A DNA stretch of 47,551 bases from an uncultured Polyangiales bacterium. GTDB taxonomy: Bacteria > Myxococcota_A > Polyangia > Polyangiales > DASUME01. Position numbers and translations under genes: made by a program. The notes beneath the pieces were generated by a model that had not been told where the DNA came from, searched no databases, and was given only the letters and a program-made list of their open reading frames with translations. Shown in pieces: positions 1 to 7,195 of the stretch. The stretch is from the NCBI GenBank assembly GCA_964398415.1, contig CAYNOM010000001.1, forward strand, positions 1 through 47,551. Reading direction: 5' to 3'. Each line of letters opens with the position of its first letter. The first letter of the stretch is position 1.

Positions 1-192
1 GAGCAGCCGCCTCACGCGCTCGCGGGGCAAGAGCTTGCCGCGTGACAAATGCTTCTCGATGGCGCGGGCTCCGCCGCCGCCCGTCACTTGGGCCTGCTTG
101 TCACGCAGGTCGTCGACCGCGCGGCGCATGGCAGCGGCGTTGTCGGCGAAGGTAGAAGACCGCGGATCGATCGCTGTGTGCAGCTCGGACAT
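1..192 (-). CDS. acyl-CoA carboxylase carboxyltransferase (beta) subunit, methylcrotonyl-CoA carboxylase beta-like; first 64 codons only, gene continues past the window edge
   Basis: Not in the ORF track because the edge truncates it. Hand translation of the minus strand from ATG 192..190 gives MSELHTAIDPRSSTFADNAAAMRRAVDDLRDKQAQVTGGGGARAIEKHLSRGKLLPRERVRRLL. The GGG..A...H.SRGKLLPRER block is the conserved N-terminal motif of carboxyltransferase beta subunits. Confidence 0.6.
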   Translation of the reverse strand, partial: MSELHTAIDPRSSTFADNAAAMRRAVDDLRDKQAQVTGGGGARAIEKHLSRGKLLPRERVRRLL

Positions 193-293
193 GGCTCTCG
201 AACTCGAGTAGGTCGCGCGAGGCGTGTGCGCGCGTCGCGTTCATACTAAGGAGCATGTGACCATAGAGCCAATGGATGATTTGTATGATATCC

Positions 294-308
294 ATAGACA
301 GCGTCTAT
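294..308. promoter_or_regulatory. candidate LysR-type operator: perfect dyad ATAGAC-agc-GTCTAT containing a T-N11-A core, overlapping the LysR start codon
   Basis: Read directly: atagac (294-299), agc, gtctat (303-308). T-AGACAGCGTCT-A fits the T-N11-A LysR box. CCATAGA occurs twice (261-267 and 292-298) in the unusually AT-rich 115-bp divergent intergenic region. Confidence 0.4.
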
Positions 309-1179
309 GTTTGAGCTCTACCAGCTGCGCTACTTTCTCGCGGTCGTGGAGACAGGCAGCTTCACCAAGGCCGCCAAACGCGTACGCGTGTCCCAACCTA
401 CGCTCTCGGCGGGCATTCAGAAGCTCGAGGCCGCCCTCAACGTCACGTTGTTCAGCCGCTCGAGCCGGCGCGTGTTCCTCACGCCCGCGGGCACGCGCTT
501 CGTCGAGCGCGCGCGCGTGATCTTGGCGGAGGTGCAACGGGCCCAGGCCGAGGTCGCCGACGTGCAGGCGCGCGAGGTGCTGCACCTCGGCGTGCTCACG
601 ACGATCCCTGCGTCACTCGTCGCACAGCTGCTGCGTGACTTTCTCGGAGCCAAGAGTGGCGTCGTGGTGGAGTTGTTCGAGGGCACCGAGCGCGAGCTCA
701 AGACCCGAGTCGACGGGGAGCAGCTCGACGTCGCGCTCACGATCCAGCGCGCCGATTCGCGCAGCCACAGCGAGGTGCTGTACGAAGAGGGCTACTCACT
801 GGCCATCGCGGCCCACCACCCGCTCGCAAGGAAGCCCGCCATCCAAGTGAACGAGCTGGCCGAGGAGCCGACGATCGTGCGCACACGCTGCGAGGTGCTG
901 AGCGAGACGAGCCGCTTTTTCACGAATCACAACGTGCGTCCACGCCTGGTTTATCGCACTGAACAGGACGAGCGCGCCCTTTCGATGGTCGGCGCGGGGC
1001 TTGGCATCACGGTCATGCCCGATCACTACCGGGCCAGAGGGGTCGCGCGGCTGCCCCTGGTCGGTTTCGACGCACGCAGAAAGGTAGCGCTGCTGCATGG
1101 GCGCGGACGAAAGCGCAGGTCTCCCCTCGTCGAGAGCTTCGTGCAGTTTGCAGCGAGTCAGGCCTTTCCCCGTGACTGA
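307..1179 (+). CDS. LysR-family transcriptional regulator
   Basis: 290-aa ORF. The N-terminal winged-HTH signature MFELYQLRYFLAVVETGSFTKAAKRVRVSQPTLSAGIQKLE is followed by a LysR substrate-binding-type C-terminal domain. The gene is divergent from the carboxyltransferase gene. Confidence 0.93.
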   Translation: MFELYQLRYFLAVVETGSFTKAAKRVRVSQPTLSAGIQKLEAALNVTLFSRSSRRVFLTPAGTRFVERARVILAEVQRAQAEVADVQAREVLHLGVLTTIPASLVAQLLRDFLGAKSGVVVELFEGTERELKTRVDGEQLDVALTIQRADSRSHSEVLYEEGYSLAIAAHHPLARKPAIQVNELAEEPTIVRTRCEVLSETSRFFTNHNVRPRLVYRTEQDERALSMVGAGLGITVMPDHYRARGVARLPLVGFDARRKVALLHGRGRKRRSPLVESFVQFAASQAFPRD

Positions 1180-2314
1180 GCGAAGGCCGTGGCGCAGCGC
1201 TGCGTGCGCGCTCTTCGTGCTCGGCGTCGTCATCGGCTCACTCGGCCAAGCCTCAGCGCAGAGCGATGCGCCCTACGTGCCTGCGAAGGGCGAAGAGCCC
1301 GAAAGCACCCTCGCCTGGTGGTGGAAGCACACGACGCCCGTTCCGATCGTGTTCTACACACCGGAGAATCAGCTTGGCTTTGGCGGCGGTGTGATGACCA
1401 CCTACGCGCTGCCCGGTGCCTGGGCCGATCGCCCGAGCAACGTGCTCCTGTATGGGGTGTACACGACACGCAACCAGACCATCGTAGGAGCCTCGCACGA
1501 GCAGCGCTTCGCCGACGACAGACACGTGCTGATCCAAGAGTTTCGCTTCATCGACTGGCCCGACCGCTTCTACGGCTTCGGCAACGACACGCAGGCCTCC
1601 GATCGTGAAGACTATACAGACCACTACCTGCAGCTCGAGAGCGAGTATCAATACCGCCTTTTGAGCCGGCTCTACGTGGGCGCGCGACATCAGCTGCGCT
1701 CGAGCGAGACGCGCGACGTCGAAGGCGGGGGCACGCTCGACACGAAAAAGCCGCGCGGCGTGGGCCATCTCGTTTGGTCGGGCCTTGGCCCCCTATTGCT
1801 TTGGGACTCACGCGCAGGCTTGTTCTGGCCCACGGGCGGCTCCTTGCTCCGCGCCGATGCCACTCTTTTTCAGCCGGCCTTCGGCGCCGACTTCCGCGCC
1901 ACGCTGCTACGCCTCGATCTGCGGCACTACCAGCCACTGTGGCTCGACCACGTGCTCGCGCTCAGACTCTTCGTGTCGGGTGTGCTCGGCTCACCCCCCT
2001 TTCAGCTCTTGCCCGCACTGGGCGGGAGCCAGCTGTTTCGCGGCTGGTTTCTCGGCCGCCTGCGCGATCGAACCCTGGCCGCCGTGGAGGCGGAGTACCG
2101 CATGGTGTTCTCGACGCGCTTCTCAGGCGTGGTGTTCGGCTCCGTGGGACGCGTGGCAGCTGAGCTGTCTGCGCTCAGCCCCAAGGACCTGCGCGCTGCG
2201 GGTGGGCTCGGCATACGCTTTGCGGTGCGTCCCGAGAGCCGCGCCAACTTCCGGCTCGACTTCGCCTACGGGGACGAGCCCTACGTGTACTTTCAGTTTC
2301 GCGAGGCGTTCTGA
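1172..2314 (+). CDS. Omp85/bacterial-surface-antigen-type outer-membrane beta-barrel protein without an obvious POTRA region
   Basis: Same frame as ORF 1097..2314. I placed the start at GTG 1172 because a signal peptide (RRPWRSAACALFVLGVVIGSLGQASA) begins there. The C-terminal block LGGSQLFRGW...AEYRM...GVVFGSVGRV...GGLGIRF...FRLDFAYG...FREAF resembles the Omp85 barrel and ends in Phe. Confidence 0.75.
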   Translation: MTERRPWRSAACALFVLGVVIGSLGQASAQSDAPYVPAKGEEPESTLAWWWKHTTPVPIVFYTPENQLGFGGGVMTTYALPGAWADRPSNVLLYGVYTTRNQTIVGASHEQRFADDRHVLIQEFRFIDWPDRFYGFGNDTQASDREDYTDHYLQLESEYQYRLLSRLYVGARHQLRSSETRDVEGGGTLDTKKPRGVGHLVWSGLGPLLLWDSRAGLFWPTGGSLLRADATLFQPAFGADFRATLLRLDLRHYQPLWLDHVLALRLFVSGVLGSPPFQLLPALGGSQLFRGWFLGRLRDRTLAAVEAEYRMVFSTRFSGVVFGSVGRVAAELSALSPKDLRAAGGLGIRFAVRPESRANFRLDFAYGDEPYVYFQFREAF

Positions 2315-2321
2315 GCGCGCC

Positions 2322-2573
2322 CTACTGCTCGGCCCCGCACTCCGTGCAGCTCGACCTTTGTGCGGCGAGCGCGTGGACGGGTCCCGCCGCCGCGGCGAAC
2401 AGCATGGCCATGGGCAGAAGCAGCGTGATCTCGGCCAGGACGATCGGCATCAGCGCGGTGAGCACACATAGCCCGGCGTACCAAGCGCGCTTGACCCAGC
2501 GAAACCCCGGCCAGGGCGTCTGCAGCGTGACCTCGCGCGCACAACGCCGGCAATGCCCAAGCTCTGCGCCCAT
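2322..2573 (-). CDS. small membrane protein with N- and C-terminal CxxC pairs (hypothetical)
   Basis: 83-aa ORF with CRRC near the N-terminus, CTEC near the C-terminus and two hydrophobic helices between them. Third codon positions are mostly G/C when read by hand. It lies 46 nt downstream of the globin gene on the same strand. Confidence 0.45.
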   Translation of the reverse strand: MGAELGHCRRCAREVTLQTPWPGFRWVKRAWYAGLCVLTALMPIVLAEITLLLPMAMLFAAAAGPVHALAAQRSSCTECGAEQ

Positions 2574-2619
2574 GGCTCAGCGTTAGGGCCGACGCTCCGA
2601 CAAATCAAGGCCGAACGAC

Positions 2620-3033
2620 TCAGTGTCCGCAGCTGTCTTGCGCGTCGCCCTCGTCATCGCGATTACGCACTGCGTCAGCCACGCGAAAGATGGGCGTCTT
2701 CAGCATCTGCTTGAGCTCGTCGCTCGCGCCGACGCGCTCGAGCGCGACCTCGAAGCAACGCAGCCATTGATCGCGTTCGTCAGGTCCGATGGCGTAGGGC
2801 GCGTGGGGCTTCGTGAGACAGACGCTGCCGGTGCGCTTCGCGTAGAGCGCTGGCCCGCCCATCCAGCCCGACAGATACTCGAAGAGCTTCTGCTTGATCT
2901 CAACCAAGCTGTCGGCGTGCATCTTGCGGATGGTCTCGGCCTGGGGGAGCTCGTCCATCACCTCGTAAAACGTGTCGGCAAGGCGCCGCACGCCCTCCTC
3001 TCCCAGGATCTCGTAGGGCGTCTTGTGCTGCAT
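2620..3033 (-). CDS. glbO: group II truncated hemoglobin (GlbO/YjbI-like)
   Basis: ORF 2620..3042, with the start probably at the second Met (MQHKTPYEILGEEG...). The pattern TPYEILGEEGVRRLADTFYEVM...KQKLFEYLSGWMGGPALY...KPHAPYAIGPDERDQWLRCF matches the truncated-globin fold. Confidence 0.8.
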   Translation of the reverse strand: MQHKTPYEILGEEGVRRLADTFYEVMDELPQAETIRKMHADSLVEIKQKLFEYLSGWMGGPALYAKRTGSVCLTKPHAPYAIGPDERDQWLRCFEVALERVGASDELKQMLKTPIFRVADAVRNRDDEGDAQDSCGH

Positions 3034-3147
3034 CACACACACCTCGAACGTCTGCGTTCGGGCGATAGAGTGCGCGCGGTACGCGCCGCCGCAAGCCGCG
3101 TGGGGCTCCGGGTTGCAGGCGTAGGTTTTCGTGGTTACGGGTGCTCT

Positions 3148-3657
3148 GTGGGAGCACTGTTTCTTCTGTTCACCGTTCTGCCGTTCGTCGAGCTCTATCT
3201 GCTCATTCGAATCGGCACAGTCGTCGGCACACTGCCGACGCTCGGCTTCGTGATCGGCATCGGCATCGCTGGCGCAGTCCTCGCTCGCTCGCAGGGCAGA
3301 CGCGTATTGAGTGAGCTGAGGCTCGCCCTCGCCGAAGGCCGGATGCCTGCCGAAGCTGTGCTCAGCGGAGTGCTGATCCTGATCGGCGGCGTGCTGCTCA
3401 TCACGCCAGGGGTGATCACCGACTTCGTCGGGCTTCTCTTACTGTTTCCGCCGTCACGCCGGCTGCTCATGACGCTCGCGCAAAGGCAGCTCGAAGCGCG
3501 CATCCAGGCGGGCACCGTGCAGGTGCAGAGCCATGGTTTCGGCTCACCCATGGGTCACATGGGGCACGATGTGCGCAGCGTCGGCCAAGCCCCGCGTCCG
3601 CCGAGCCCCACGCCTCGCGGCGACGTCATCGACACGCACGGCGAAGAGGTTCCGTAG
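3148..3657 (+). CDS. fxsA: FxsA-family cytoplasmic membrane protein
   Basis: This is the C-terminal half of track ORF 2623..3657; the first half is antisense to the globin gene. GTG at 3148 gives VGALFLLFTVLPFVELYLLIRIGTVVG...LLITPGVITDFVGLLLLFPPSRR, a typical FxsA pattern. Confidence 0.75.
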   Translation: MGALFLLFTVLPFVELYLLIRIGTVVGTLPTLGFVIGIGIAGAVLARSQGRRVLSELRLALAEGRMPAEAVLSGVLILIGGVLLITPGVITDFVGLLLLFPPSRRLLMTLAQRQLEARIQAGTVQVQSHGFGSPMGHMGHDVRSVGQAPRPPSPTPRGDVIDTHGEEVP

Positions 3658-3689
3658 CATCATGGTGTCTCGATTTGGGGGACATCGAC

Positions 3690-5000
3690 GTGCACACACC
3701 ATGGTCTCGAATTCTGGTTTCACTCTCGCTCGTACACGGCCTGACCGCCTGCGGCTCCGACGGTTCTGGCGCTTCCAATGCCGATGCTTCGACATCACCT
3801 GACGATTCTGATGCCGACACGGACGAAGGTGGAGGCAACGGTGGGGGCGACAGTGGAGGAGGCAGCGGCAGCGCGAACGACGCTCCCGCGGGTCCGCCCT
3901 CCGACGGGCTAGGGCTTGCCGCGCTGCCGAGCTACAGCACCGCAGACAACGACGCGTTCCTCGCTGGCGTCGCCGGCACGCACGAGGTCGTGATCTTCCG
4001 GACGCCACAGGAGAACGAAGGCGCTCTCGGCAAGGGCTCCCTCGTGATCGCGCGCAAAGGTGATGGCTTCACAGCCGAGCTACGCGCAGGCGATGGCTCG
4101 ATTGTGAGTAGCGTCGACAGCGCGACCGCGAAGAACGCGCAGCTCACGCCTGTGATCGGCCAAGTATTTGGGTTTGCAAACGATCAAGTCGATGGCTACC
4201 TCGCGATTCGCATCACCGCTGCGGGCGAGATCACGGGCACTGCGGGCGGCTTCGGACAGGTAGGCTTTCGCAACAACGTCACGGCCTTCGGCCGCAGCGT
4301 GCCCTCGCTGTTCAGACAGCTGGCAGGCACCTACCGAGGCGTCTCCCAGGCGCTCACCTGTGCCCAGCCCGAGGTTGTGCTCGAGCTCGCAGCAGACGGG
4401 AAGGCCGAGCTTTCGGGCTCCTACAACCTCAGCTGCGGCGAACAGACCTTGAGCAACACGTGGGATGGCAACGACGACTACGTGGTGCCCTACGAAGCCG
4501 GCTACGAGCTGATGCTCGACAGCATCAAAGGTGGTGGATCCCAGGAGGGCGGTGGCATCAGCATTCGGGTCAATGCCTGGTCCGACGACGCGCAGATCTT
4601 GCTCGTGAACAGCAACGGCGCGGGCGCCGCGGGCGCGATCGCCTCCGCCTCGCTCATCAAAGATGGCGCGCTGCCCACCCAGGCGCAGTTCGTGGTGCGC
4701 ATGCTCGAGGACACCACGGTCGACGTGGTTGCCAGCGGCAGCACCGACCTCGCCCCGTGGAACATGGCCAACACGTCGTTCACCATCGGCGCCGATCAGA
4801 AGCTCTCGTTCGCAGGACAGCTCTTCGACTATCAGCTCGACAAGCCCGTAGAGGGCACGACGGATCAGAAGACGTTTCGCTTCCAGGCCATCTACGAGAC
4901 GTACAACCTTCTCTTCGTCGAGCTCACCTTCAAGACCGACAAGACCTTCGTGAGCGGCGTGTTCGGCGGCGTGGGCGAAGGCTCGCTCTCGCCGAAGTGA
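3690..5000 (+). CDS. hypothetical lipoprotein with an acidic Gly/Asp/Ser-rich linker
   Basis: Frame of ORF 3675..5000, where 3675 is TTG. GTG at 3690 gives HTPWSRILVSLSLVHGLTAC with the lipobox LTAC. I recognised no domain in the rest of the protein. Confidence 0.65.
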   Translation: MHTPWSRILVSLSLVHGLTACGSDGSGASNADASTSPDDSDADTDEGGGNGGGDSGGGSGSANDAPAGPPSDGLGLAALPSYSTADNDAFLAGVAGTHEVVIFRTPQENEGALGKGSLVIARKGDGFTAELRAGDGSIVSSVDSATAKNAQLTPVIGQVFGFANDQVDGYLAIRITAAGEITGTAGGFGQVGFRNNVTAFGRSVPSLFRQLAGTYRGVSQALTCAQPEVVLELAADGKAELSGSYNLSCGEQTLSNTWDGNDDYVVPYEAGYELMLDSIKGGGSQEGGGISIRVNAWSDDAQILLVNSNGAGAAGAIASASLIKDGALPTQAQFVVRMLEDTTVDVVASGSTDLAPWNMANTSFTIGADQKLSFAGQLFDYQLDKPVEGTTDQKTFRFQAIYETYNLLFVELTFKTDKTFVSGVFGGVGEGSLSPK

Positions 5001-5137
5001 GAGGGAGCTCAGCTCCCGTCCGAAATCGATGCAGAGGCGAGCGCGCCCGCAAAGCTCGGACCGAGGAAGGCTTCCTGCCTTTCGCAGGTCCGGGCTGCGG
5101 ACGTAAGCCGCCTCTGCGCGCTTTCGGCGGGAGCTGG

Positions 5138-7195
5138 CTAGCTTGCGAGCTTCATGCGCCAACCCGGCATGGTCGCGAGCCACTTCTCCAGCTCCTGCGC
5201 AGGCAAGGGCTTCGACATCAAATAGCCCTGCGCATAGCGGCCGCCGAGCCTACGCAGGCGCGCGAGCTCCTCGGGGCGCTCGACCCCCTCGGCCACCACC
5301 GTGAGCCCGAGGTCGCGCCCCAGGTTGATCACGGCCGCGCAGATCTCTTCGCCGGCCGTGTGTTCCATGTCGCGTACGAAGGAGCAGTCGATCTTCAGCG
5401 TATCGATGCGAAAGCGGCGCAGGTAGTGCAGAGAGGAGTAGCCCGTACCGAAGTCGTCCATCGACAGCCTCACTCCCCGCGCCTGCAGCGCCGAAAAGGT
5501 GCGCGAGGCCATCTCGGTGTCCTCGAGCAGGCCGCTCTCGGTGATCTCGAGGCTCAAGTAGTCTGGCGGCAGACCGCTCTTCTCGAGCGCATCGTCGATG
5601 CTGGCCAGGAGATCGGAGCGTCCGAGCTGGGCCACCGAGAGGTTGACGCCCATGCGCCACGCCGGCGCATCCGGAAACTCGCGGCGCAGTCGATCGCCCT
5701 GGCGACAGGCGATGCGCAGCACGCACTCGCCGAGCTGCTCGATCAAGCCAGCCTCTTCCGCGACCGGGATGAACTTGCCTGGGCTCACGGGACCGAGCCG
5801 CGGATGCTGCCAGCGTGCGAGCGCCTCAAACCCCACGACGGCACCGAGCTCGATGTCGACGATGGGCTGATAGTGCACGTGCAGAGTCTCGCCATCGAGG
5901 GCCTTGCGCAGCTCGTTCTCGAGATCGAGGCGCTCGGATACCCGTGCGTGGGACGCGGGATCGAACAGCTCGACGCGACCGCCCCCGAGGTTTTTCGCCT
6001 CGTACATGGCGATGTCCGCCTCGCGCACGATGTCTTCGGGCTCACTGTCCCTGTCTTTGCCGCCGCGCGACAGGCCGACGCTGGCTCCGACCACCACGCG
6101 ATGGCCCTCGATCTCGAGCGGCTGACACAACGCACCGAGCACCTCGCTCGCCACCTCGTCGACCTGCTCGGGTCGTTCGAGATCCTCGAGCAAGATCACG
6201 AACTCGTCACCCCCGAGACGCGCGATGGTGTCCGCAGGGCGCAGCGTCTCACGCAGCAGGCGCCCCACCTTCATCAGCAACAGGTCGCCGGCCGCGTGCC
6301 CGAGGCTGTCGTTGACGACCTTGAAGCGATCGAGGTCCGCGAGCAGCACGGCATAGCTCGAGCCGCGACGCCGCGCGCGCGCGTGGGTCTTCCTGAGCCT
6401 GTCCATGAACAGGGAGCGATTGGGCAGCCCCGTGAGCGCGTCATGAAACGCGAGCCTGCGTAGCTGCGCCTCGGAGCGCTTGTGATCGGTGATGTCGGTG
6501 ATCCAGCCCGTGACGCGGGCCGGGCCGATCTCTCCTGCGGTCGAGGCGACGCCTCGCGTCGAGACCCAGAGCAAGCTGCCATCCTTGCGCCGAATCCGGT
6601 GCTCATGCTCGAAACGCAGGGTCTCGCCGCGCCTGTGGCGCTCGATTTCGCCCTTCAGCGCGGCCACGTCATCGGGATGCACGCGGTCGAACCACTCGTT
6701 GATGCGGGGGGAGAGCTCGTCCCTCGTGCACCCGAGCAGCTCAGGCCACTGCGCGCTGAAGTAGGCGCTGCCCGACTCCACCTCCCACTCCCAGAGCACG
6801 TCGTTGGCGCCGCGGGCCGCGCGCTCGTAGCGGGCCTCGATCAGCCGCCGCAGACGCACCTGGGTCTCGGTGCGGTCGCGCAGGGCGCCGAGACCGAGAC
6901 CGATGGCCAACAGGGCGAGGCTGCCCGCGACGAACGTCAGGTGCGGCGTGCCGCCGAAGTAGACCACCTGATAGTTGACGTAGGCGTGGGTCAGAAAGAT
7001 CAGCATCCAGACCACGAGCACCGCGCGCTTGCCGTGGGCCCAGGCGGCGAGCAACACGGGCGCAGCAGCCAGCGTGTGAATCGGTACCTTCAGCCAGAAC
7101 GAAAGCACGAGAAACAGCACGAGGTAGAGCGCGGTGGTGAGCACCGTGCTCGGCAGACGGCCGCGCGCATCCGGAGCAAGAGACGTCATGCGCAT
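5138..7195 (-). CDS. membrane-anchored PAS-GGDEF-EAL protein (c-di-GMP cyclase/phosphodiesterase), copy 1
   Basis: ORF 5138..7303. The likely start is MRMTS at 7195 or 7189, overlapping the stop of the upstream paralogue. It has hydrophobic N-terminal helices and a PAS-like WEWEVESGSAYFS block. The GGDEF domain reads RPADTIARLGGDEF, with RxxD 5 residues upstream. EAL-domain signatures are EALARW, EITES, DDFGTGYSSL and EGVE. Confidence 0.9.
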   Translation of the reverse strand: MRMTSLAPDARGRLPSTVLTTALYLVLFLVLSFWLKVPIHTLAAAPVLLAAWAHGKRAVLVVWMLIFLTHAYVNYQVVYFGGTPHLTFVAGSLALLAIGLGLGALRDRTETQVRLRRLIEARYERAARGANDVLWEWEVESGSAYFSAQWPELLGCTRDELSPRINEWFDRVHPDDVAALKGEIERHRRGETLRFEHEHRIRRKDGSLLWVSTRGVASTAGEIGPARVTGWITDITDHKRSEAQLRRLAFHDALTGLPNRSLFMDRLRKTHARARRRGSSYAVLLADLDRFKVVNDSLGHAAGDLLLMKVGRLLRETLRPADTIARLGGDEFVILLEDLERPEQVDEVASEVLGALCQPLEIEGHRVVVGASVGLSRGGKDRDSEPEDIVREADIAMYEAKNLGGGRVELFDPASHARVSERLDLENELRKALDGETLHVHYQPIVDIELGAVVGFEALARWQHPRLGPVSPGKFIPVAEEAGLIEQLGECVLRIACRQGDRLRREFPDAPAWRMGVNLSVAQLGRSDLLASIDDALEKSGLPPDYLSLEITESGLLEDTEMASRTFSALQARGVRLSMDDFGTGYSSLHYLRRFRIDTLKIDCSFVRDMEHTAGEEICAAVINLGRDLGLTVVAEGVERPEELARLRRLGGRYAQGYLMSKPLPAQELEKWLATMPGWRMKLAS

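Noticed and set aside
5003-5017. Hairpin GGGAGCTCAGCTCCC between the convergent lipoprotein and GGDEF-EAL genes, considered as a bidirectional terminator.
   Set aside because: The usable stem is only 5-7 bp with a very small loop, and neither side has a T-run. That is not enough to call a terminator.
4080-6463. Long ORFs 4080..5183 (-) and 4460..6463 (+, 667 aa), overlapping the lipoprotein gene and the first GGDEF-EAL gene.
   Set aside because: They lie in alternate or antisense frames of genes with strong domain evidence. Their translations are Arg/Ala/Gly/Pro-rich with no recognisable motif. Long shadow ORFs of this kind are expected at about 70% GC.
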